A DNA stretch of 63,236 bases, the filler included, from Bigelowiella natans CCMP2755 (taxonomy: Eukaryota; Protista; Cercozoa), in NCBI GenBank assembly GCA_000320545.1. It is 6 parts of 6 records of this genome, joined end to end, with 100 filler letters (N's around TTAATTAATTAA, not from the genome) between each part and the next. Parts side by side here need not be neighbours in the genome. Positions count along the whole stretch, not along the records: positions 51,891 to 56,187 come from ADNK01002693.1; positions 56,288 to 63,236 come from ADNK01002640.1; 4 more parts are not named here. One strand, given 5' to 3'. The first letter of the stretch is position 1; every line of letters begins with the position of its first letter. The position numbers and the translations under genes were made by a program. Under the pieces are notes generated by a model. The model worked only from the letters and a program-made list of their open reading frames with translations. It was not told the DNA's origin and ran no database searches. Below, piece by piece: positions 51,891 to 63,236 of this stretch.

Positions 51891-52118
51891 ACGGTCGGAA
51901 CCCGATACCCGCTCAAGACAGTAAGGTTGCACGTCAGTGTCAGTGTGTGCAAGGGATGCTATTTATTTCTTATGTATCGAATACATAGGGAAGAGAGGGG
52001 GAGGGGGGGGGGGGGGGGGGGGACGTGAGAAAGCAGAGGGGCGAAGGAAGGCTACAAATTGTTCCATATTTCTCTTCCTCTTCATTGTAGCCTTGCCGCG
52101 TGCACCGCGTTGTACTAC

Positions 52119-52695
52119 CTCATAGGATGCTCGATCCAGAAAGCAAACTGCACGGTTTTCATCAAGAGCGCCTCTCGTGTCCGAATCTCCTCCTCAAGCT
52201 GACGTGCAACCTTACTGTCTTGAGCGGGTATCGGGTTCCGACCGTCGTATTGGAAGTATTCGGTGCAGAAGTTTCTCATCTTGCGAATCGTCCCCTCGGA
52301 CTTAGCCGCGAGAAAGAGGCAAGCGAGGGCCGTCATCTTGATAGTGTCGCGAACGTAGGGGTGGCGCATGTAGAAACGGTGGAAATACACAATGCTGCTG
52401 GCGATAGTCCGAGTTGGATATCGCAGCTGCTTGCCAAAATCCATAAAAAACTTGAAGTACTCAACCCTAATCTTCGCCACCTCTGCTTGGGGCAAGCCTA
52501 AGGAAAAACATGCACGAGTTGTTACCTACCGTGGCCATCAACACCATCATTTGTGCTTTAGTGCTGTGTGCGCCCCGTTTTTCCCCAAAAATGTAAATTT
52601 GCAAGGCACAGACCCTCGGAGCGGGAGGGTGAGCGCTCAGCATCCGCAGAGGACCGACGCGGATGGGGCGGGCGGGAGGGCTGCTCCTTGTTCAT
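52119..52695 (-). CDS. Transcriptional cyclin (cyclin K/T/L class), N-terminal cyclin box, 3' truncated
   Basis: MNKEQPS...SPSRSEG|LPQAEVAKIR...TIASSIVYFHRFYM...ALACLFLAAKSE...EALLMKTVQFAFWIEHP. Confidence 0.88.
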
Positions 52696-53708
52696 CCCCC
52701 TTCTATTCTGGCTTGCTCTATGCGGGGGATTGTTGCGTTCCGTCCCCCACCACCGATAATCGTATGTGCAAATACAAGGATTTAGAAGACAAACAGGACA
52801 GAGGAGAGCCTGGAATGGGGTGGGGTGGAGGTTCGTCCGTCGGGTCTTCAGGGTTTTCTGGACCTGTCCTCTCTTTCCGACGGCACACTACACTGCTACT
52901 ACTACTCGCATAAATACCGACAAAAATCGACCCGGCGAAGCTGCCTGGGCTGTTGCAGGCTGTTGCGGCTCGCTTTGGCTTTGCTCTCTTCGCAACATGA
53001 AGGGACGTATTTCGAAGTCTTACCGATATAATTTTCTCCGGAGTTGAAGGTTGTCGGGCCGTTAGCCCGTTTCGGACGTTCTCGTGGTCCTGCGAGCGAA
53101 TCACTGAGTGAAAAGTCTTCAATTTTACCCTAAATATATCGTAAATTAACTTCCTAGATCGTAGTGGATTTTCTCGGTTTTTCCCCTTCGGATGGTCTTT
53201 CTGAGGCAGCAGCAGGACGTTGCGTTTTTCCCTTTCTTTTCCCCTACTGGTGAAGTAAGTTAGATTCATGCAGAAATTATATTCCATTTATTGCGTGCGA
53301 CAAGGAATGTTCATGTCGTATCTAAACCAAACGCCGGATTCAGGAAAACAAATTGCCATTGGGAACTCCCGAGCGAGATCACCTCCCCACCCCCCTCCTC
53401 TTCGCGCTACTTTTTGGGAAGCAGCTTTACTTTTTGGTGCGGATTATCCGATAGGAGGAGAAGCAGAAGGTGGGCAGCAGGGGGTGGGGGGGGAGCGCGG
53501 GGGGTATAACATGGATCGCTCACCAGCCTAGAAAGTTCTGATTCGGGGGCCGATAAATCGTGTTTGAGTTAGTAAGCAGTCGCTATCTGCCTAGGAAGGG
53601 AGAGGGAGGCGCTAGAAAGAGGAAATATCGTATCTGCTTATACTGATGAAAATGATGTATACTCTCAAAAAGGGTGTGGCGGGTCGAGAGGCACAAGATA
53701 CTGTAGGC

Positions 53709-53739
<31 letters not shown>

Positions 53740-53769
53740 CACAACTACAGCCACTACTGCAATTCTCAG

Positions 53770-53867
53770 AGTAGTTTCATACAGAAGAAGATGAACAACA
53801 TGCTGAATTTCTTACGAAAGCGTGGATCGAGCAAAGCATTTCGGTCAGGGTACGCACAAAAATGGAG

Positions 53868-53909
<42 letters not shown>

Positions 53910-55097
53910 CAGACACAGCAACCACCGAACGACTTGCCAGCATCTTGCTTACGATTCTTGATTGTTGAACCTCAGGAAACATGAGTCTGCTGCAGCAGTC
54001 ATTATGGACGCAAATGGTACACGAGATTTCGCACAGAAGAGCGAACGTATACGACGGAGAACTGAAACTCACTGCTCTCATGCCTTCACCGCATTCAATA
54101 CACATGCGCTATGATCTAGAAGATGCCGACGTGCAAGCGGCAACCTCCTCACTACAACATATCAATGACATTCGATCATGATATGATGTTATCAGAAGGG
54201 CTTGTTCCCGGAGAAGTCACGCAAACTCTCACAGATTGGCCCCCAATATTCAGTGACATCACCAAGGTAGAAGAAACCCACGTGGCGACGATTCAGCATT
54301 CCAAAGTCGCAGAGTCCGTTACGATTCTCCCTGGTGCTAATGTGCAGGTGTATTTGTGTGTGTGTGTGTGTCCTTCCAGCGACGATCAGATGTGAAGAAA
54401 TTGCGCTCGTATATGGATGGGTTGTCGAGTAGTATGGAAACGTTTGCCAAAGGCCTCAGAAGAGTATCAGAGTAAGCTGCCATCTCGATGCTCCCTTCCT
54501 CTCATTTAAGCTTTCTTAGAATGTTCGTGATGATATACATTGTGTTGTTTTTTGGCATTATTTTCTCCATGTGATGTCGTCGTGTGTAACATTTGCGCAA
54601 ACATTAGACTGCCTGCTATGGAAATCAACACCAGCTTCAGTGGTACTACAATCAAATGCTATTCATTTGTCCTCATTCTTTCGTATCCCCCTCCCCCCCC
54701 TCTCTCTCTCACTCGCTCACTCACTCACTCTCGCGTTTGCCATCTTTCGATGTATAAATCATAGCATCGCTCATCTAACAGGGGGATATGTCTTTGTCCT
54801 CCCTGCATTTCGCCCCATCTCAAAGCCTCCTCTCTTGTTGCAAATAGACACACCATATTTCATATCCCCAATGCTGCGGTCATTCCGAACATATCATCGC
54901 CATCATCACCATTACAAGAGATGAAAGCCGATAATTACTAAGGGAACTGGGAAAAAATGAAGGACACAACGCGCCGCCTCGCGAATTATTACGAGGACGT
55001 GGCCGACAAGATTCAAAAGCGAGTGTTACTCGGTATTCTCGAGTGTAAGCATCAGATAAGGACAGAGCAGGATCGGTTGCAGGTCCTCTCTACCATT

Positions 55098-55133
<36 letters not shown>

Positions 55134-55241
55134 TGACGACAATAATAACTAACATCGATAGATAAGTATAACCACGAATAGACTCTGATGGACACGATTG
55201 CTACTTACTTCCATCTCTGCACTTCGTTGCTGCTGCTGGCG

Positions 55242-55277
<36 letters not shown>

Positions 55278-56023
55278 GGGGTGGGGGTGGTGGTGGTGAT
55301 GGAAAATAACGCTCGCTCGGTTGTGTGCTCCTTGATCAGGCGCAAAGCTCTCGGCTACTCAACGAGATGCAAGGGCTTCAATCAAAGCACGAGCAGAGAA
55401 AGAAGAAATACTTTGAAGGTCTCTTCCTCCTCCTCCTCCTCCTCCTCCTCCTCTTCCTCCTCTTCCCTAGATGGGGGGCTGCTCTTACGCAGTTACAGCA
55501 AATATCATTTCAAGCCTAGATGATACTAAGGGGAATGGCAATTTAGTAGAATGTGATAACAACAAATAAAAGCAATAATAGAGATGACGAGAAGGCAATC
55601 ATCGTTGTGACAACAACGGTGCCGCTTAAGATGAGGAGACTCACACTCTCTACACTCTCAAACAAAAAGCGCAAAAGCTGACAATCACACCCCCACGAGC
55701 TGTGCCGGTCTGGGGAGACGGTCATTTGGTACTTATCTTTCCCTCTTTCTGCCTCTCTGTCCTCAGCAACGGAAAAGGCTCATTTAGCTCTTAACGCCGA
55801 GAAGAAGGTCCATTCTCCATTGCAATGTTATGCCCCATCGTCATCGTTATCACCGTCGTCATCATCATCATCATCATCATTGGCAGTCTCGAGCGGAGGG
55901 CCAGGGATCCACAAAGAAGCATGAGAAGCTTATGTCGCAAAGAGCAACCCGCGTGAAAGACGCCAAGGCCGCCCACGAGAAGTACCAAATCGCCCTGCAA
56001 AACCTCCAGACAGTGCAAAAAAC
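53770..56023 (+). CDS. Coiled-coil protein, probably F-BAR-like; partial, multi-exon
   Basis: Exons such as SSSMETFAKGLRRVSE, NWEKMKDTTRRLANYYEDVADKIQKRVL, SKHEQRKKKYFE and AKAAHEKYQIALQNLQTVQK follow the F-BAR pattern (E..YAK.L, W......A..H, Y...L). Confidence 0.5.
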
Positions 56024-56142
56024 GTAAGAGCAACGACGAAGATGACAAGAGGATGATGGGGATGAGGATGATGATTGATTGATTGATTGATTGATTGAGG
56101 TCTTTACGTGGTAAATCTCTTTTCTTTGGCGTTATATGTAAA

Positions 56143-56187
<45 letters not shown>

Positions 56188-56287
56188 NNNNNNNNNNNNN
56201 NNNNNNNNNNNNNNNNNNNNNNNNNNNNNNNTTAATTAATTAANNNNNNNNNNNNNNNNNNNNNNNNNNNNNNNNNNNNNNNNNNNN
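56188..56287. other. Artificial contig linker
   Basis: N-TTAATTAATTAA-N block. Confidence 0.97.
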
Positions 56288-56497
56288 CCAAGGAAATTTT
56301 TTCTTATTTTTTTCGGTCGAGGATGAGAGTGGGAAAAAATTAGGGGGGTTTCAAAAGCAAAAGGGGGGAAATGGGGGAAAATACCCAGGTGCTTTTCCCC
56401 TAAAATATCACAGAAAAAATTCCCCAAATCACAACCTTTTAGAAAATTCCCCTTTACCCCCCCCCCCCCCCCCCCTCTCTCTCTCTCTCTCTCTGGG

Positions 56498-56531
<34 letters not shown>

Positions 56532-56676
56532 CCTCATTCTGTTCACCTACCCCCTTCCCCTCCCTGCTTGTGTATGTGCTTTTGGTTCTTCACTAGAGGC
56601 ATGTTTCCCGCATCATCATCATCATCATCATCAACCATCATCATTATCATCAGCATCATCATCTTATCGTACATAG

Positions 56677-56844
56677 GTTCACATTGACTACAATCCTGAG
56701 CCGATGTATAAAGTCTCCAATGCCCTCTACTCGAGCGGGTGAATACTTTTCAGATTCTTCGCATGGCTGCTTTCGATTCCTCGCGTTGTAGATAGAGACA
56801 AGGAAGACGTATGTACAAGCGTGAGCACCCACACGCCGAGGACG

Positions 56845-56883
<39 letters not shown>

Positions 56884-56960
56884 TATATGTATATAAATAT
56901 GGACGATGTCGTAGCTGGAGAGAGGAAGAAGAGAAGCACTGATTTTTTTCTGTATGCTCG

Positions 56961-56999
<39 letters not shown>

Positions 57000-57104
57000 T
57001 GTGTGTGACAGGATGGCGTGGATTAAATCTGCAGGCTTCACTGCAATAGCTAAGGTATTTTTATGAATTGCACACACACATATAAACAAATATATATCAA
57101 TATG

Positions 57105-57142
<38 letters not shown>

Positions 57143-57330
57143 CATTTATACACATTTGTCAGCTTTGATTATATCGGAATATATTTCTGAATTTCTATAC
57201 ACGGTGTATTTCAACGCATTTCATTGAATTGATAACATAAATCAATATATAAATCAGTATATAATGATGTTTTTCCCATCAACAGCCTGATGCATGGGCT
57301 GCTTCCTCGGTGGCAGATCGGCTGACCTAA
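56677..57330 (+). CDS. DUF458 / RNase H-like family protein, last three exons (5' truncated)
   Basis: Exons 56677-56738, 57012-57054 and 57286-57330 splice in frame to VHIDYNPEPMYKVSNALYSSGMAWIKSAGFTAIAKPDAWAASSVADRLT*. This matches the DUF458 C-terminus (H.D.N...S......G....GF....KP.A.AAS.VAD). Confidence 0.75.
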
Positions 57331-57661
57331 CTCAACTAAAGGACACTTATGTTTCAAAGGAGGACGGGGAGGGGGGGGGGGGGGGGGCTGAATATCCTAA
57401 AATGCCTGGGGTCATCTTTTATATGAAGATATTGTTTTATGAGTCGCTCCATAGACGATTATTACCTAAAAATCGCTTGGATGCCGCAGAAGACGGTACC
57501 TCTTATTGCATGCTGTAAGCAACACCACAAATCTTCATTTCCTTCGATCGACGAATGGGTGCGGGGCGAGGGGACACATGTTGTTTTACATATGCTTGAT
57601 TGGAGCTCGTTCGAGAAGAACGTTAAAAGACCCAGAATTTACTTAGAGAGCTTGTAAAAAA

Positions 57662-57693
<32 letters not shown>

Positions 57694-58421
57694 AGGATAG
57701 TAGTGGCATGTTTTGTAGGTTAAAATTAATGCGCCCTTAGCGAGTAAATCTTCATCTTAAATGTTAGCAACATGGCGAATCGAGCGCTATGTGCACCTGT
57801 GTGTATGTATCGTATCCCAATCCCAGGCGTGGCACCGCGCGTTGTTCTCAAGGCATCTATGCTATGTGCAGCACATTGTTGCGCATGCGTCCGATATTTA
57901 GATGTACTGTCACATGATGATAATGACTCATGCTAGCATGTCCCCATCGGCTATGTATCTAAACATGCCGCACACATTGCATTGTTGCAGCAGCAGCAGA
58001 GATCGCATAGACTGCTATGTACGAAGGCCTATTAACACGACAAACTAGCCTAGCTACTTATTACAGTTCTACGACTGATGTTGGGACTGTACATATACGT
58101 AGTAGCATCATCACACAGTGCAGCAGCAGCCATTGCGCACAAAAACGGCACTGCAATACGTTGACGACATTCTTTATTACACTAAATTCATTACAGTATT
58201 TGTTTGCACCTAGCTAGCTAGCTTCTCTTAGCGAAGTGCCTCTTATTCTCGGTTACACATTGCACTAGCCTCAAAGCGTAGCCATGCGCTCTATCCGACG
58301 GTATGTGTGCATGCGAGTTCTACGACGATGACGACGAATGTAGCGATGTACAAGCGAGTGGCCTGGAATCAACCGTTATTTCATCATCATCATCCTAGTT
58401 GTTGCTCTTGTTCCTGGTGAT

Positions 58422-59297
58422 TCATTGGTGGCGAGGAAGCAGAAGATCGTAGTGGTTGGGGGATTTCTGTAGGTATAGAACTGGGCGGTCAGCGTAAAGC
58501 ACGCTGTTTTGAGTCCGGAGGTACTCGCCAGAGCGACCCATCTGGAAAATGACCGCATTGACGGAAAAGACCTTGAGGATGAAGAACAGCTCCAGGTGAT
58601 CTCCCCATACAATCTGCCGATTGATTTGTTTTCCGTTGAGGCATCTCTCTCCGAGGCTCAGGCAAAGAGCACCGCGTATCTTCACCAGCGGATCTATGCG
58701 GCCATTCACGTCAGGATGCTCGATGTCGCTAGAGGACATTCCGTTGAGTTTACCGAGGTCCTTGTAACTGAAGAGAGGCGCATATATGTTCTTGTATTCA
58801 TCGATACAAGCGATTGCTTGCAAAATGTGTTCGAGGAAGCTGGGGAAGCTCTCCGTCTTTCGCAGGAGGCGGAGGTGCTTGAGGCCTTGGAACATCGAGT
58901 TGTACATGCAGAGCCCGTCTCCAGGGACTTCAAATATGCGAAATTTACGATGTAGATCGAGAGTGCTAGAAACATCGAACACCCTTAGCAGCTCAAGACG
59001 CCTCCTTTGTTCCTGGTGGTGGTGGTGAATGGACTGCAGGTAGGCTCGCTCCGTATCAGCTAGCAGCAATCGCTCACGATATTTTTGACGGTTCTCTTCA
59101 TCGAGGATTTGATGTTTTTTTGAATCAAGTAGGGCCTTTCGTAGTCCTGCGTCGAAAAACTGCCAACCCCATAATACGCTTACGCCGTCCTCAGCGAGCA
59201 TGTAGGCGTTCTCCTTATCGGCAAGGATACAGCAGTCCCCGTCCGTTCTTATCACGCGAAGACCTTCCCCGTGATTCGGTAGATTCAGATCCTAGAC
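58422..59297 (-). CDS. OTU-family cysteine protease (deubiquitinase-like); further upstream exons likely to about 60100
   Basis: Catalytic motifs FEVPGDGLCMYNS, WGDHLEL and NHYDLL lie in a 277-aa ORF. Confidence 0.85.
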
Positions 59298-60960
59298 CAT
59301 AACAGAAAGCACGGGTGCATTAAATTCAGTGGCAGTGATTAAGAACGTTTACAGGAAATGTGCGCTCGCACACATCAACGGGGCCTTATTCGAGTGTATC
59401 GCCTTGATAAGTAGTATTCAGATATTGTTGTTTTTACCCCAATCATTTCCGTTGGCACTGTAGCTTCAGGGCAAGATGATGACGAAAGAGATGTTGACAA
59501 CGACGACGATGATGCGGAGGATGATAAAGAACACAATGTAGATGCTAGCGATGCGGCGTTTGAACGTTTATGGACTTCATGGTTGAAGCTTTTGGGTTGT
59601 ATTGGGTCCCTCCTATCTCCCCCCCCACTATCCTTGGTAGGAAAGCATCCAGGAAGCACAATATGGGCATACGCTGCGCCCATTGATTCAAGGCACAGAG
59701 ATACCCCTTTGTGTATTTACTTTGAAGGACTGGTTGGACGCCTTAAAGCTTTCTCAGCAGCATGTCAGGCGCTCCTACAACGCTTGCATGTTGTGTTCTC
59801 CTCCTCGCAGTTCTGTTTGTGTGAATAAAAAATTTAAAACTAAAGAATGATCTAGGTAATTCTCTATCACTCGAAAACAAAATCGGGAAGAGGTTTGGCG
59901 GGGGGGGGGGGGGAGAAAGCAGGTGCACGAGGGCTTCACCACAAGGGCTGCTTCTGGTTCGGGTATGTCTTTCAACATGCATATTTTCAGCTCCAACAAC
60001 GAGAAAAGTCACAGCGAAAACTGCCGTTTACAGGACATTTTGCACTTGATATTGGCAAATATGAAGTAAAAGGACCCCAATTATCTATAAATTGAAAACC
60101 TCCTGACCTTCCAAGAGAATCACCGCATTGCTAGAAAGAAACTTTCAGAAATATTTTTCGTGATTGAAAAATACAGGGATTTGAACCTGTAGGTGAGTCT
60201 CATTTCCTTGTCGCTCTGAAACAAAAGGCCAAACTTGGTGAGTCTCAGAAAGAAGGAACATGCAGTGTTGCCGTATTTTCGGAAGGAAAGCGATATGAAT
60301 TGTCGCCTTATGATTTTGTAATGGGAAAGAATAGCAATGTGAATTATGCAGGATAATGCAGGAAGTTTTTGCAAAAAAGTACGAACATCATTGTCAGCTA
60401 CCGATAAAAGGAAGGAAATTATCGACTGATTGGTAGATCTATGGCCTAGAGTAGTCGTTGTCGCAATATCTAAAATAATGGTGAATATGTCTATTGCGAC
60501 TTGGAGACATCTAGAACATGACACGAATTCCGACCAACCACCTTGATTGATGAGAGTTCTAACACTGAGATGATTTCAGGAGTATGTTCTCCTTCCGGAT
60601 TTAGATCACTGTTTATGCAAGGAATATCGAGAGAGTTATATTTGCAATATTTACTGATCGACATTTAAAAAAACATGGATTTACAGATAAAAAGAAATAT
60701 AATACCGAAAAATATCCCATGATTTCTGGCTTAAATTTTGGCGCTCGCAGTGTCCATACATCAAGCCATCGAAGCTAGTTTTGGTTAGCCCTTGCCACCC
60801 TCATCTTCGCTTGTTAGTCTACTATTCGACATTGGGAAAAGGGCCCACCTTTTAGATATAGAGACGAAGGCTGGATAAGGAATCGCCTCTGTATTATCTG
60901 CAGGTCTTGTGCGTGCCTAACCCCCTGCCTGTCCGCGGAACTAGTAAGGATTTACACGTG

Positions 60961-62421
60961 ATGCTGTGGGCCCGATCTCCAACTAGCCCTCTGGCTCCGC
61001 CAACAACGCCAATGGGATCTGAGGGGGACAAGTCTGAAAGCGAAAGGTATGCATAAATGGCTGTTACTTCACTTGTGCTTTAGATAGTTGGGCGGTAGGA
61101 AGAGAGCGAGAGAGACAGGGAGAGAGAGAGAGACAACGAGTGCTTATTGCTTCTACATACGCAGAGAGCCTTCTGCGAAAAATCCAAAGAAGATTGAGAA
61201 TATCACGAAGATCGAGAATCTCACCCCTTCGGAAGTCGGAGATATAGTCCGATCGATAGGTAGGGCCATGCATCGAGAACTCGCTTGTGGGGCGTATCAT
61301 TCGTTTTGTTATTATGGGGGGAGGGGCGGGGGACGGGGAGCACCGTGTGAAATGCGACGTTGCCAAGCATCATTTCAACAAAAGCGCACCAATCAAGGCC
61401 AAGGACAAAAAGCAGCATATATAATCCATACTATGTACTGGAGGGAACGATAGGCTCTGTAAATTATAGGCAGGGGCAAGAATTCTAATCACACGCACAA
61501 CGAGCAGTCCCATGTTATTATGACACACGACGTAGTGAGCGTGAACTCAGAAGCATAGCATATCTACCGCAAGCATAATGCCGCATCGTCATCATCATCA
61601 TCGTCATCATCGTCATCATCCCACAAAAGCTATGCTACAACTTACTCATATTATAGGCCCATCAAGGATTTGGAACCGATATGCTGAAATGGTGGAGGAA
61701 AATCATCTATCAGGCCCAAAGCTCAGCATCATTAAATCGGCGGAATTGCAGTCGTACGGTTTCAGCCCAGAACATGCCTCTGCCGTTCTGCGTAAGGTTG
61801 CAGCTGTCAAACAAAACGCCCATTCCAGAGAGCAGAATACGGACGATGTTATCCTCACTAGTGATGAGAAGCAGGCCCTCAAGTCTTTGAAGGATTTGGT
61901 AACAGTTGCCCTACTTTCAAACCTGAATGCGTTGTTGCATTCTTCGCTGCCTTTTTCTTCTCTGATTGGTCTATTATTACTATCATTATTGATCCTCCTC
62001 ATTGCCTTCCTCTCCTTGCGCAGGTGACAATGGCCACCAACAACAGCATTGACGAAGGAGACCACGACGAGGATGAGCACATCGTTCGGAAGCTGCGGGC
62101 GGCTAAGCGGCGAATAAAAAGCAAGTTCGACGCCATTCACAGAGCCCTTGATATTGCACAGCGACAGTCCTTCAAGCAAGTAGACGCCTTGGCGCAGTCA
62201 ATGGTAGACTCCGTCGCTCAAAACCCTGCAGCCCTTAGCAGTGTCAAGCTGATGAAAAGCATGAAAAAGAGTCGAGAGCAACAACTACTACTGCACACGG
62301 TGATCAATATACGCATCATTGATGCGAAAACTTCCCCTTCCCCCCCTCCCTATCACGGTTAATATACAACAACACACATAACAAATTTACGTTAAAAAGA
62401 TATTATGTAAGTATCATTACT

Positions 62422-62461
<40 letters not shown>

Positions 62462-63102
62462 CACAGGCCGAAAGCGACGGAGAGAAAGGAGCAAAGAAGG
62501 GCGGCGGTCACATCAAATCCAAACCCACAGATGTTGGTGGGGGGGGAAGAGGGGAGGAAAAGCTACTCACTCGATCCGAAGAAAGAGACGTTATAACGGC
62601 TCTCAAGAGAGATGTAATTTCTCCCACAAGTCCATACCGCGCTACGCGATTAGAGACGAGGGGGGGGAGGCAGCAGCTAAAAGCTGAATCTACAACACCG
62701 TACTCACCACCATCATCATCGTCATCACCACCACCACCACCGAAAGCAGCAGCTTCCTTCTGTGTCACCTTTCACCCAGCAGTGAACACGCTGCTACGAT
62801 GTACAGAATCGAGAGAATCTCTGGTCTCGGTAAGAATAGCGTCCTTTACATAACAGCACGTTACAACAGTAAATCATGCGACAAGGCACAATAACCCTAA
62901 CGCATATATCATGCGGCATGGTACATTCCCCGAGTAAGTCTTCCCCAATCGTCGATTCTGTGTACGTCTGGTGTTTTAGGTCGCCCTTATGGAGGACAAC
63001 AACGGCGTGATGACGTGGGACCCGCAAAACATCGGAAAACACATGAACCTCTCCCACGAGCGCACCAGCGCCACAACAGTAGAGACGGGTTTTGAGGAAA
63101 GG
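60961..63102 (+). CDS. SAM-domain plus coiled-coil protein with a possible PRY/SPRY start, 3' truncated
   Basis: LTPSEVGDIVRSIG|PSRIWNRYAEMVEENHLSGPKLSIIKSAELQSYGFSPEHASAVLRKV fits SAM. A helical exon lies at 62024-62299, and the last visible exon reads MTWDPQNIGKHMNLSHERTSAT. Confidence 0.65.
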
Positions 63103-63236
63103 TGTGTGTGTTTGTTGTTATCGACGATGATGTCGAGCGTGTCGGTGGTCGCCCCCTCCTCGCGATAAGATGTGCACTTACATCGTGAGGGGGAGGGGGG
63201 GTGGGGGGGGGGGGGGGGGGTACAGAAGTGGGACTA

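Noticed and set aside
51891-52245. Perfect 47-nt inverted copy (51891-51937) of cyclin exon sequence 52199-52245
   Set aside because: It sits exactly at a contig start and is identical to nearby sequence, which is typical of a fold-back chimera or misassembly rather than a hairpin RNA or TIR element.
1-63236. tRNA, rRNA, snRNA genes and intact mobile elements
   Set aside because: None recognised by eye. A covariance-model scan and a repeat-library search would be needed to exclude them.

Overview
Eukaryotic nuclear DNA with many GT-AG introns. It is most likely from a chlorarachniophyte-type alga: it carries a nucleus-encoded plastid ribosomal protein S13 with a signal-anchor plus transit-peptide leader. 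The window is six contigs joined by artificial N44-TTAATTAATTAA-N44 linkers, so gene order across linkers means nothing. Manual splicing gives these genes: two tandem ankyrin genes built as one 99-nt exon per repeat, DHCR24 (3' part), an intronless PB1-ZZ p62/NBR1-like gene, CSL4, a hypothetical gene, a Zn-finger plus ANKRD50/TANC-type P-loop plus ankyrin gene, an 83-aa very basic two-EF-loop protein, a TM-PDZ gene, a kinesin 5' part, NAA10, plastid rps13, an RPEL/Pro-rich gene, a Raw/NDT-like gene, a transcriptional cyclin, an F-BAR-like gene, an intron-containing DUF458 (RNase H-like) gene, an OTU protease and a SAM/coiled-coil gene. The strongest leads are: (1) DARPin-like ankyrin exon cassettes with variable binding-face residues; (2) 400-500 nt intergenic tracts with no TpA, with nearby surviving TpA almost only in CTAG, which suggests a local context-specific mutational process; (3) a possible Ca2+-sensing H1/HMGN-like protein; (4) a T-tract/GCGACA promoter motif with a 30-bp phased array; (5) a prokaryote/phage-type DUF458 gene that has introns. 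All family assignments come from recognising motifs by eye, not from database searches.
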